A stretch of DNA of 24,000 nt from an uncultured archaeon (GCA_937974645.1 CALJVH010000013.1:1-24000), one strand, 5' to 3'. Counted from the stretch's first letter, positions 8,112 to 16,521 are shown. The notes: a model not told the origin generated them from the letters alone. A program made the numbers and translations.

Positions 8112-9208
8112 TATCTAGGGAGGAGCTGCTGAGAATCCTCTTCGAATACAGGGAACAGGATATCAGGATCGCGACAATCTGCTCCCATTCATCTCTCCAG
8201 ATATTTCATGGCGCGAGGCTGGAGGGCTTCGGCACCATAGGAATAGCTTTGAGGAGGAATAGACCGTATTACGAGAGCTTCTTGAGGGCAAGCCCCGAGA
8301 CTATGCTGGAGGTCGAGAGCTACAGGGATATCCTGAGAAAGGAGTTTCAGGAGAAGCTCCTCTCCGAGAACGCTCTGATAATACCCCATGGCTCCTTCGT
8401 CGAGTACGTTGGAGCCGAGAACATTCTCGAGAGGCTTAGGGTCCCGATGCTCGGGAATAGGCTCACCCTCTACTGGGAAGGCGATAGGGAGAGGCAGAGG
8501 AGGTGGCTCAGGGAGGCCGGGGTTAGGGCTCCAAGGCGATACGCGTCGCCGGATGAGATATGTTGTCCGGTCATGGTCAAGCTTCACGGTGCAAAGGGCG
8601 GAAGAGGATACTTCAGGGCATCAAGCCCGAGCGAGTTCAGGAAGAAGCTCGAGGAGCTTAAGATGAGGGGCTACATGAGCGGCGAGAGCAGCTATATCAT
8701 AGAGGAGTTCATCCCGGGAGTCAGGTTTTATCCCCACTTCTTCCTCTCGCCTCTCGAGAAGCCGAATCTTCCGGGGCTTGAGCACGGCAGGCTAGAGCTC
8801 CTCGGAATGGATCGGAGGCTTGAGATCATAGACGAGGTTTATCGAGGGCTCCCAGAAGTCATCGAGGACTACCTAGATTACACCGTGGCCGGAAACACAC
8901 CGGTTATCGTCAGGGAGAAGTTTATCGTGGATTTGCTGGAGGCAGCCGTAAAGATCGCATCTGCGGCGTGGAGGCTCTTCAGCCCGGGTCTGATAGGCCC
9001 CTTCTGCCTCGAGACGATATATCATCCAAAGTATGGGTTCACTGTTTTTGAGGTCTCGGCTAGAATAGTTGCTGGAACAAACCTGTACCCGATGGGCTCG
9101 CCCTACTCCTCATACTATTACGATGAGCCGATGTCGATGGGCAGGAGAATAGCGAGAGAGGTAAGGAACGCCATCAAGCTCGGTAGATTAAGCGAGCTCA
9201 TATACTAA
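8108..9208 (+). CDS. purP: PurP-family ATP-grasp enzyme, paralog 2
   Basis: The motifs IATICSHSSLQIFHGARLEGF, GAKGGRGYF, IGPFCLE and MSMGRRIA are present. There is a 4-nt ATGA overlap with paralog 1. Confidence 0.8.
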   Translation: MISREELLRILFEYREQDIRIATICSHSSLQIFHGARLEGFGTIGIALRRNRPYYESFLRASPETMLEVESYRDILRKEFQEKLLSENALIIPHGSFVEYVGAENILERLRVPMLGNRLTLYWEGDRERQRRWLREAGVRAPRRYASPDEICCPVMVKLHGAKGGRGYFRASSPSEFRKKLEELKMRGYMSGESSYIIEEFIPGVRFYPHFFLSPLEKPNLPGLEHGRLELLGMDRRLEIIDEVYRGLPEVIEDYLDYTVAGNTPVIVREKFIVDLLEAAVKIASAAWRLFSPGLIGPFCLETIYHPKYGFTVFEVSARIVAGTNLYPMGSPYSSYYYDEPMSMGRRIAREVRNAIKLGRLSELIY

Positions 9209-9229
9209 GCCCTCTCCGAGACGCTTGCC

Positions 9230-10229
9230 TTATAATCCCCTTTCTTCCATTCTCACGAGGAGCTTCTCTACCTCTAGGCCTGCCATCGGCTCGCCGATAT
9301 CCCTACATATCTCCGCAAGGGCTTCGGGTTCATCGTAGTGTTTTACAGCCTCGACTATTGCTCTGGCCATCTTCTTCGGGTTGGAGCCCTTAAAGATCCC
9401 GCTCCCGACGAAGACTCCATCCATGCCCATGTGCATCATGAGGGCCGCGTCGGCCGGCGTTGCCACGCCTCCCGCCGCGAAATTTACGACAGGCACCCTC
9501 TGGAGCCTTTTAATCTCTAGAAGGATCCCGTATATCCCCTCGACTATCTCCTTAAATGTGTATTCCTCGTAGATGGGCTCATTTTTGAGAGCTTCTCTTG
9601 GTAGGCCGCATTTTTCCTTGACTTCCATGCTGAGCTTGAGGTAGGGCTTGGAGAACTCCTCGGCGATCCTGTATATCTCGTCGTCGGCCAAGTGTTTGAG
9701 AAGCCGGATATTGTGATTCACGAGCCTAACGTGTTTGACGGCCTCGACGATGTTCCCCGTTCCGGCCTCTCCCTTCGTCTGCGGCGCCTTCCCACAGTCT
9801 CCTCACAGCTTCCCCCAAGTCCCTGGCGCCGCAGACGAATGGAGTCTTAAGCTTCCTCTTATCTACGTGAAAATAGGTGTCGGCCGGCGTCAACACCTCG
9901 CTCTCATCAATCATATCTACTCCGAGGGCTTCCAAGACGAGCGCCTCGCCGTAGTGGCCTATCCTAACCTTAGCCATGACCGGTATCGTAACCGCATCCA
10001 TTATCTCCTGGATCTTCTTCGGGTCCGCCATCCTCGCAACACCGCCTGCCTTTCTTATGTCGGCTGGAACCTTCTCGAGGGCCATTACCGCGATTGCTCC
10101 AGCTTCCTCAGCTATCACCGCTTGCTCGGCGCTGGTGACATCCATGATTACCCCGCCCTTAACTATCTTGGCAAAGCCCCGCCTGAGCTTCTCAGACCCT
10201 TTTTGCCCGATGATCCGGAGAATCTCCAT
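9230..10229 (-). pseudogene. pdxS: pyridoxal 5'-phosphate synthase subunit PdxS, disrupted by a frameshift near 9779-9780
   Basis: Two ORFs (9726-10286 and 9230-9721) together cover PdxS. The N-terminal part is GGVIMDV...[23 protein letters not shown]...[20 protein letters not shown]. The frame then changes to [18 protein letters not shown]...[19 protein letters not shown]...[10 protein letters not shown]. The likely true start is ATG 10229, which is preceded by GGAGGT. Confidence 0.8.
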
Positions 10230-10307
10230 TTTTCTACCTCCAGCTTCTATGATGGGGAGGCCGCTATTGTATAAGGTTTTACGCAAGCAGAGTTAAACCA
10301 TAGATGG

Positions 10308-10997
10308 TTGAGCTCTGGAAAGCTGGCAGCCCTCTTCAGCGGCGGAAAGGACTCGGTCTTAGCAATACAGCTCGCGGAGGCCATGGGTTACCGGGTCGAG
10401 TACCTAATCACGGTTCTGCCGGCTTCCGATGAGTCCTACTACTTCCATTATCCCAATATCTGGGTCACTGGTTTGCAGGCGAAGGCCATGGAGAGGAGGC
10501 AGATTATGTTAGCCGCGAGATCCTCGTCTAGGGAGGATGAGCTGCGAGCCCTTCGAGATGCGGCCGAGCTTATTCGCGACGAGATAGATGGCCTGCTTTC
10601 AGGAGTTAATAGAAGCAGATCCCAGCATGATTCCTTCCAGCAATTATGTGATGAGATTGGGCTAGAGTTCATCGCGCCCCTCTGGATGCGCGACCCCGAG
10701 GAGCTTCTCAATAAGATCGTCTCGACCGGAATAGTCGCCATGATCGTGGGGGTTGCGGCAATGGGGCTCGGAAAAGAGCTCCTAGGAAGAGTCATAGATC
10801 ATGAACTGATCAATCTGCTTCACGCGCTCTCGGAGAAATATGGCGTGAGCCTCCTCGGTGAGGGCGGCGAGTTCGAGACCCTCGTGTTGGACTCGCCGCT
10901 CTTTAGGAAAAAGATCGGGATTCTGGACTATGAGGTTGGATGGAGCGGGTATAGCGGCTTCCTGATGGTTAAGAGGGCGAGGCTCATCGAGAAGTAG
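10308..10997 (+). CDS. dph6: Dph6/MJ0570-family PP-loop ATPase (diphthine-ammonia ligase-like)
   Basis: The protein has an SGGKDS PP-loop near the N-terminus and a GEGGEFETLVLDSPLF motif near the C-terminus. The start codon is TTG. Confidence 0.75.
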   Translation: MSSGKLAALFSGGKDSVLAIQLAEAMGYRVEYLITVLPASDESYYFHYPNIWVTGLQAKAMERRQIMLAARSSSREDELRALRDAAELIRDEIDGLLSGVNRSRSQHDSFQQLCDEIGLEFIAPLWMRDPEELLNKIVSTGIVAMIVGVAAMGLGKELLGRVIDHELINLLHALSEKYGVSLLGEGGEFETLVLDSPLFRKKIGILDYEVGWSGYSGFLMVKRARLIEK

Positions 10998-11024
10998 GCT
11001 GGCTAAATTTCGAGCGATTAGCGG

Positions 11025-11420
11025 TCAGCCGGCCTTCACATTAACTATCATGTATCTTCCTATGATCTTCCAGTACTCGACCGTGGCACCGGGCTCGAGC
11101 TTCTCGCGAAGCTTCTCGTCTTGGGGAATGGGGATCTCGACGATCTCATAGGTCTCGTTATCCATCACGCTGACCATATCTCCCATGGAGACTACTTGGC
11201 CGGTTCTCTTCTCGATTATCGGGACCTCGACCTTGTTATCCGCCGGCCCCACAAGCGTCCGCTTAACATTATCGAATATCCCTATCGCCACGACCCTAAC
11301 CTTCGCCGACCCATGTTTCCCCGGCTTACTCTTCTCAAGCTCCACGATCCTGCAGGGCTCGCCATCGATCACAATATTATGGCCGACCTTGAGGGAGCCG
11401 AGCTCGGCAGGCTTACTCAT
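11025..11420 (-). CDS. eif5a: translation initiation factor 5A (aIF5A)
   Basis: The hypusine-loop motif [13 protein letters not shown] is present. I place the start at ATG 11420 ([13 protein letters not shown]...) rather than the track's 11501. A TTATATAT box lies 26 nt upstream of 11420, and the resulting 131 aa fits the family. Confidence 0.9.
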   Translation of the reverse strand: MSKPAELGSLKVGHNIVIDGEPCRIVELEKSKPGKHGSAKVRVVAIGIFDNVKRTLVGPADNKVEVPIIEKRTGQVVSMGDMVSVMDNETYEIVEIPIPQDEKLREKLEPGATVEYWKIIGRYMIVNVKAG

Positions 11421-11446
11421 GCTCTCGGAAAACCCGGATAACCCGC

Positions 11447-11454
11447 ATATATAA
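11447..11454 (-). promoter_or_regulatory. TATA box (TTATATAT) of aIF5A
   Basis: This is a strong TATA consensus 26 nt upstream of ATG 11420. It lies inside the longer ORF-track call. Confidence 0.6.
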
Positions 11455-11536
11455 GGGTGTTCTCCGCGAAAGGCCAATCGCGCGATCTCATCCAACGCCA
11501 TTAAAAACCTTTAAGATCCCGCTATTCACCCGTGAC

Positions 11537-12772
11537 GTGGGCTTGAGCTCTATGATCAGCTTGAGGTTCTCGGATATCAACGGCGTGCTCAAGGAGGTAT
11601 TGATCTCTGAGCGGGAGTTCGAGAGAGCCGCGTCGAGGGGCGTCTGGTTCGACGGCTCATCGATAGAGGGCTTCGCGAGGAGATTTGAAAGCGATATGAT
11701 GCTCGTGGCCGATACGAGCACACATTATACCGTGAATGGGGTGAAGACTTACTTCTGCGACGTCTATAGGAATGGAGTACCATTTGAGGGCGATCCGAGG
11801 ACGGTGTTAAAGACCCTATTGAAGAAAATCGAGTCTAAGGATGGTTTCACGTTCATCACTGCTGGTGAGCTGGAGTTCTATATTCTCAGAGGACATGAGC
11901 CTATTGATAGCGGGAGCTACTTCGATGTCTCCCCGAGGGATAAGGCCAATTCCATCAAGATCGAGATAGCTGAAAAGCTCTCTAAGGCCGGCATCGAGTG
12001 GAGCATAAGCCATCATGAAGTGGGGCCTGGCCAGAATGAGGTCGACATACTCCACGATAATGGATTGAGAATAGCAGACAAGACCCTTCTAACAAAGAAT
12101 ATAATCAAGTTGGTCTGCGAGTCAGTGGATTTGAAGGCATCATTTATGCCTAAGCCATTTTATGGTAAGCCTGGAAACGGCTTCCACATACATATGAGCC
12201 TCTGGTCTGGGGAAGAAAACCTCTTCCATGATGAGCAGAACTCCTATGGCCTCTCGAATATGGCAAGAAACTTCATAGCCGGAATATTCGAGCATGTTAA
12301 TGGAATCACTGCTGTTGCGAATCCGACCGTAAACTCCTATAAGAGGCTGGGCGAGTTCGAGGCTCCAAAATATGTTTATTGGGGGATGAAGAATAGGGAT
12401 GCTCTGATAAGAATCCCAGAATTTCATGACAAGTTTGGAGCGAGAATAGAGTATAGGGCTCCAGATCCATCATCAAACCCGTATCTGCTATTCACGGTAT
12501 TGCTGGTAGCCGGGATTGATGGAATTAAGAGGAACTTGGAGCCGCCTAAGCCGATTGAAAAAGACATCTACGAGTATGGCTTGTATAAGGATCTACCAAC
12601 CCTGCCACAGACTCTGGAGAAGGCTTTAGATTCTTTAGAGGAAGATAGGTTGCTCAGGGAGGCGCTGGGACTGGCTGGTGAGAACTTCGTCAAGCTGAAG
12701 AGGCAGGAATGGGATGAATATGCTACTAGGAGGATAACAGATTGGGAGCATGAGAAATATTTTGATGTATAA
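11537..12772 (+). CDS. glnA: glutamine synthetase (type I, short N-terminus)
   Basis: The motifs FDGSSIEGF, GELEFYI, HHEVGPGQNE, KPFYGKPGNGFHIHMSLW, NSYKRL and NRDALIRIP are present. The start could be GTG 11537 (TTAAAAAC box 28 nt upstream) or ATG 11552. Confidence 0.9.
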   Translation: MGLSSMISLRFSDINGVLKEVLISEREFERAASRGVWFDGSSIEGFARRFESDMMLVADTSTHYTVNGVKTYFCDVYRNGVPFEGDPRTVLKTLLKKIESKDGFTFITAGELEFYILRGHEPIDSGSYFDVSPRDKANSIKIEIAEKLSKAGIEWSISHHEVGPGQNEVDILHDNGLRIADKTLLTKNIIKLVCESVDLKASFMPKPFYGKPGNGFHIHMSLWSGEENLFHDEQNSYGLSNMARNFIAGIFEHVNGITAVANPTVNSYKRLGEFEAPKYVYWGMKNRDALIRIPEFHDKFGARIEYRAPDPSSNPYLLFTVLLVAGIDGIKRNLEPPKPIEKDIYEYGLYKDLPTLPQTLEKALDSLEEDRLLREALGLAGENFVKLKRQEWDEYATRRITDWEHEKYFDV

Positions 12773-12941
12773 TTGGTTAAGTAATGATCACTAGCTAATA
12801 TCGATGCAGAAGAGCTTGGTCAGAGATATGTTCTCGCGAACCTCCTAGAAACACTAGATTTCTCATAAATCCTCACGATGAACTAGATGAGGCGCTTTCA
12901 GCCGTAGTGACTTTTCATACCGTCTAGCTCTCTAGAGTAGC

Positions 12942-14033
12942 TTAGAGTTCTAGGTTGCTGGCATCTATGTAGGCTAAGGGTGGTCCGCCCTTAGTACCGG
13001 GCGTGACATAGACTTTGTCGGGAAACTGTATTGCTAAGCTGTTGAATGCGTCATGAATCGTATTTAGATCTGCAATTGAACCGGCCTCAATTAGCGATAT
13101 AATTGTCATGCACTCGAGCTTCAGAAGATCAACATTCTCCCCGAAGTATCTGCTCATGAGACTGTATGTCTCAAGAAGCGCCCTTGATGCCTCATATCTG
13201 TCGGCAGGCCTATACACCTTCTCAAAGGGCTTCAGGAAGTCTCCGAAGAAGTAGTGCTCGATCTTATCCGATGGCATGGATGCGAGTTTAAGAATTCTCC
13301 CAGGATCGTAGATCGTCTGCTTATTTACTTCATATTTCCCTCTACCACTTCGCTTGAGAATGCCGCAGTCTACGAGCCATTCAAATCTCGGTGGTGCTAT
13401 ATGCCTGTACTTCGCATACTGGCTACTCTTAATCCACTCAATCTTATCCTTGATCATGAGCCTGCGCTCCCTAAACCTCTCAGCTTCTTGAACCTCCTTC
13501 ATCCTGCTTCTCGGCATAACGCGCTTTAGCGCTTGCGGATAGGCTTCCTCCATCGCGTATATCATCGCTTCCTGTCGCCTAAACTTCTCCCTCTTTATCG
13601 CCCAGCTAGCTATCAGCTGGATGAATGGGTGATCTCTCACGAAGATGTTCCAGAGGAAGAAGAGCTTCTCGGCGTCGTTCAGCATTAGGAGGTCTATCAG
13701 CCTCAGCGACCTATCTCCCTCGACGAGCCTCCTGAACCTTGAGGCGCTTCTCGAGCACAGGTAGAGCTTCCCGAAGACCCCAAGCCTCTGGCTCCGCCTC
13801 TCTATCAGATCGAGCTCCGCCGCCAAGGTCACGTAGTTTCGAGCATTCACGGGGCTTGTGATGAGGCCGATTGGGCGCCCCGATAGAAAGTCCCTATCGC
13901 CGACGCCCCTAACGATCTCGTGGAGAACAGATGCGAGGAAGTCGAACGTCTTCGGGGCCTCATCCTCCAGCAGGCACGGTATTATCCTGAGGTACCCGAG
14001 CCTGCAAATGTCTCCATGAGCCTCCAATATCAT
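12942..14033 (-). CDS. hypothetical 363-aa protein translationally coupled to the methyltransferase (candidate restriction or effector subunit)
   Basis: Its ATG overlaps the methyltransferase TGA (ATGA at 14030-14033). I cannot recognise any family motif. A possible winged-helix-like stretch is EWLVDCGILKRSGRGKYEV. By eye it is slightly more AT-rich than its neighbours. Confidence 0.6.
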   Translation of the reverse strand: MILEAHGDICRLGYLRIIPCLLEDEAPKTFDFLASVLHEIVRGVGDRDFLSGRPIGLITSPVNARNYVTLAAELDLIERRSQRLGVFGKLYLCSRSASRFRRLVEGDRSLRLIDLLMLNDAEKLFFLWNIFVRDHPFIQLIASWAIKREKFRRQEAMIYAMEEAYPQALKRVMPRSRMKEVQEAERFRERRLMIKDKIEWIKSSQYAKYRHIAPPRFEWLVDCGILKRSGRGKYEVNKQTIYDPGRILKLASMPSDKIEHYFFGDFLKPFEKVYRPADRYEASRALLETYSLMSRYFGENVDLLKLECMTIISLIEAGSIADLNTIHDAFNSLAIQFPDKVYVTPGTKGGPPLAYIDASNLEL

Positions 14034-15235
14034 TCCTCCACCACCTCCCTCACTACGGTCAGCGGTCTCGCATTCTCCCAGTCGATGCGTATTGGGCTCG
14101 GCTTGAAGCCCCCCTTATGAAGCTCCAGTATCACCTCTTTGCTGACACCATCATCCTCTCCCAGATACCAGAGATACTTGTTTGATTTTGGGATAAAGTC
14201 GGAGATTATTCCAGCGACCTTGAATCCTATCTCCTCAGCTATCGGCGCTGTTACCCTAGCCATGTCAATAATCCTTCCCTTTAGCCTAACCCTTCCAAGT
14301 ACTATTATCGCGGCTCTATCCCATCTAAGCACCCTGAATATCTCTTTAAGAACCTCCCTCATGAACTGCTTGAACCTATCAACCGATTCCGTGTGAAATA
14401 GCTTCCTCGCGACGTCCTCGTACTCATATCCTAGGAACCAGAGCCTCAGCCAATTATCCCAAGCATAGGTCTGCATATTGAAGTACGGCGGCGATGTTAC
14501 GACCAAATCAATGGATTCATCTTCTATTGGAAGTTTTCTAGCATCGTGCATGTATGCCTGGCCTCTTACCGTCGGTATTCCATCCCTGAAAATCCTCAGC
14601 GCCTTCACCCTCAAGCACCTCAAAACATTCCTCCGCGGCTTCGAGAAACCATTCATCCTAGCATACCTCTTGACATACCCCGGAGCCATCGAAAACGAGT
14701 GCGAGCATTTCAGGCTTAGATGAATCCTCGTAGGGCCATGAAGTATCCCGAGCATAAGAGCCCTCAGAAAGATCGCCAAATCCTCGTCCTCAGTCTCCTC
14801 AATGAGATCCCTAACAGCAAGTATCTGCTTGAGAGTATAATTGCTGAAGAAGGCTTTAACGTCATCACTCACTCCCGATATATCGTAGCCCCCCGGGTCA
14901 AGCCTCCTCTCAGCCCACCCAATCCACTCCAGAACATTCCTGAGAGAGGTGGGCCTAACCTTAGCCCTCGTCAAGACATAAGCCTCGGGCGATAAATCAT
15001 TCCCCACACCCACCCTACCGTTAAGGCACGCCTCGAGCGGGGCCGTACCCTTACCACTAAACGGGTCAAGAACCACATCACCAATCCTAGAATACTTCAC
15101 CACGAAGTAGTAGGCGAGGGCTGGGGGGAAGCTACCCGTCCTAGAGCAGATCCTATGAAGAGCAATACCCCAACCATCCCTCGCACACTTCCACGAATCC
15201 TCAAGTTCATAGCTTAGAAGATATTCCGACTGCAA
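14030..15235 (-). CDS. DNA methyltransferase with an SPPY catalytic motif (N4-cytosine or N6-adenine), motif I before motif IV
   Basis: The AdoMet-binding motif VLDPFSGKGTAPLEA lies near residue 57. The catalytic motif VVTSPPYFNM lies near residue 237. About 180 aa between them could be a target-recognition region. The start is TTG 15235, with an AATAAAG box 25 nt upstream. Confidence 0.8.
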   Translation of the reverse strand: MQSEYLLSYELEDSWKCARDGWGIALHRICSRTGSFPPALAYYFVVKYSRIGDVVLDPFSGKGTAPLEACLNGRVGVGNDLSPEAYVLTRAKVRPTSLRNVLEWIGWAERRLDPGGYDISGVSDDVKAFFSNYTLKQILAVRDLIEETEDEDLAIFLRALMLGILHGPTRIHLSLKCSHSFSMAPGYVKRYARMNGFSKPRRNVLRCLRVKALRIFRDGIPTVRGQAYMHDARKLPIEDESIDLVVTSPPYFNMQTYAWDNWLRLWFLGYEYEDVARKLFHTESVDRFKQFMREVLKEIFRVLRWDRAAIIVLGRVRLKGRIIDMARVTAPIAEEIGFKVAGIISDFIPKSNKYLWYLGEDDGVSKEVILELHKGGFKPSPIRIDWENARPLTVVREVVEE

Positions 15236-15260
15236 GGCGGCGGCGCTCTCGAATCAATAG

Positions 15261-15267
15261 CTTTATT
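15261..15267 (-). promoter_or_regulatory. TATA-like box (AATAAAG) of the methyltransferase operon
   Basis: The box lies 25 nt upstream of TTG 15235. Confidence 0.4.
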
Positions 15268-15502
15268 CATTCGTCTCAGAATGGCCAGAAAATAATTCAT
15301 GAAAAACGCCTATGTATGTTACCGGATATTCCATTTGCGGAAAATACTCAGAAAAACATTCCTAACTGCGGATAAGATCCATGTATATTCTCCAGGATTA
15401 CCTGGCGAATGACGGCGGGATAATTCTCTTCACAGAAACATTTTCGTGCATCACCTCAGCTGAATCAGTAATGGTGCCTCCAGATACCCTTCCCAATCTA
15501 TG

Positions 15503-15510
15503 TTTTAATA
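15503..15510 (+). promoter_or_regulatory. TATA-like box (TTTTAATA) of the tRNA gene
   Basis: The box lies 29 nt upstream of the tRNA 5' end at 15540. Confidence 0.5.
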
Positions 15511-15539
15511 GGAGCGTATATGATTATGAGCTCTGGGAA

Positions 15540-15675
15540 AGCCCGGTCGTCTAGCGGCCAAACCCGGCTGGTCAGATCGACAGGGGCCTTGGATTCCAGG
15601 CTCTGGATCCATTTTCATGAGGGGACACCTCGCGCCCAATACCTGGAGACGCCGGTTCGAATCCGGCCCGGGCTA
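15540..15675 (+). tRNA. tRNA-Gln(CUG) gene interrupted by three putative introns (15556-15567, 15574-15590, 15607-15640)
   Basis: The acceptor stem is AGCCCGG/CCGGGCT with an A1-U72 pair. The T arm is GCCGG-TTCGAAT-CCGGC. The anticodon arm is CCAGG-CTCTGGA-[intron]-CCTGG. The hand-spliced product is 73 nt, and CCA is not encoded. Intron boundaries are inferred by hand. Confidence 0.7.
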
Positions 15676-15783
15676 TAACCTCCCCTCTTTCAATATTCCC
15701 CCTATCGTATGTGCGAAGTAGATTGGGGAAAGAAAGGTGGGGTTGGGCTGGTTGGGCGTCGTTTCTAGTAGTCCGTGTCCTCT

Positions 15784-16450
15784 GAGATATTCTTCGAGCT
15801 GCCGTTGTTTTCTCTAGATTGTGAATCCCACGAGCTGATAGAACCTCAGCAGATGTGACACCCTGATATAGAGATAGTAGACGTTCCTCTTCCTCATGTA
15901 TGTCTTCCCCCTCTCCTTGTTAAAGATGGAGGTTCCTTTCTTTCCTTGTAGATGTGGGCCCGTCGCCTCCGATCCCCCAGACCATGTAAGAGTTTCTGGA
16001 TGTATTTGAGGAGGCGTCTATCCGAGTTGTAGCATATAATGTCTCCATCGCCTCTATCTGCATATTCCTCGCTGTCGAAGAATCCTCTCAGGAAGCTCCT
16101 CGCACAATCCTCGGAATGCTCCACGAACCGTCTTATCCCATCTATATCGATGGGCTTTCTTAATAGGTCGTAGAGGGCTTTCGACCGAACCCGCACCACA
16201 AACAATTCCCCCCTCACTGCTGGCCTCGGCGGACTCCTGCCGAGAACTTTCCCAAGCATCTCGCGAATTCCTCTATGAGCTCCCTGTCCTTGGCCCTTGC
16301 GTCGATCACATACTGGCCGCTTCTTATGCTGATTTTACAGGCTGACCCATCCCCTGCTACAACGCCTATGATGTAAGCGAGCTCGGGAGACGGCTTTAAG
16401 AGGAATCCCTGGATGAGTTTGAGGAGTCGATTAGGCAGTCCGCGTGACAC
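15784..16450 (-). pseudogene. decayed double-motif LAGLIDADG homing endonuclease gene
   Basis: Motif 1 is LAYIIGVVAGDGS (ORF 16214-16450). Motif 2 is FLRGFFDSEE (ORF 15894-16259, a different frame). The C-terminal part, KGTSIFNKERGKTYMRKRNVYYLYI...FYQLVGFTI, is in a third frame. It is followed by an in-frame TAG (15814-15816) and then RKQRQLEEYL. This implies at least two frameshifts and one stop codon. Confidence 0.75.
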
Positions 16451-16521
16451 CCAAGTAAGAGAGCCGCAGATAACCGAGCCGCTGTAGCCTCATAGATAGA
16501 TACGCCAGCTTCATGAAATAA

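Noticed and set aside
10308-11420. A functional link between the Dph6-like gene and the adjacent aIF5A gene (a translation-factor modification cluster)
   Set aside because: The genes are convergent and therefore not co-transcribed. Dph6 acts on EF2 (diphthamide), not on aIF5A (hypusine). The adjacency is most likely coincidental.
11421-11501. N-terminal extension of aIF5A (track start at 11501), and likewise of PdxS (track start at 10286)
   Set aside because: The aIF5A extension would contain the gene's own strong TATA box (11447-11454) and adds residues not seen in this family. PdxS has a GGAGGT-preceded ATG at 10229 that matches the family N-terminus.
12826-12929. Possible att-like direct repeats. 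The 8-mers TGGTCAGA (about 12828) and CGTCTAGC (about 12920) are shared with the tRNA gene.
   Set aside because: The matches are only 8 nt, occur in the opposite order relative to the tRNA, and are about as frequent as expected by chance for these region sizes. No integrase is present.
15556-15590. A single 29-nt D-loop intron (15562-15590), which would give the Gln/Glu-like D-loop AGCGGCCAA
   Set aside because: It is attractive because the resulting D-loop looks canonical. However, I could not draw any bulge-helix-bulge at the required 5' splice site. The two-intron model gives two decent BHB motifs. I kept it as the stated alternative to test.
15540-15675. Reading the tRNA as an initiator or elongator tRNA-Met because of A1-U72 and a TTCATGA (CAT) sequence at 15614-15620
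   Set aside because: No 5-bp anticodon stem can be formed around that CAT, and the characteristic three G-C pairs of initiator tRNA are absent. The CCAGG/CCTGG stem with loop CTCTGGA gives a proper anticodon arm, and A1-U72 is also typical of archaeal tRNA-Gln.
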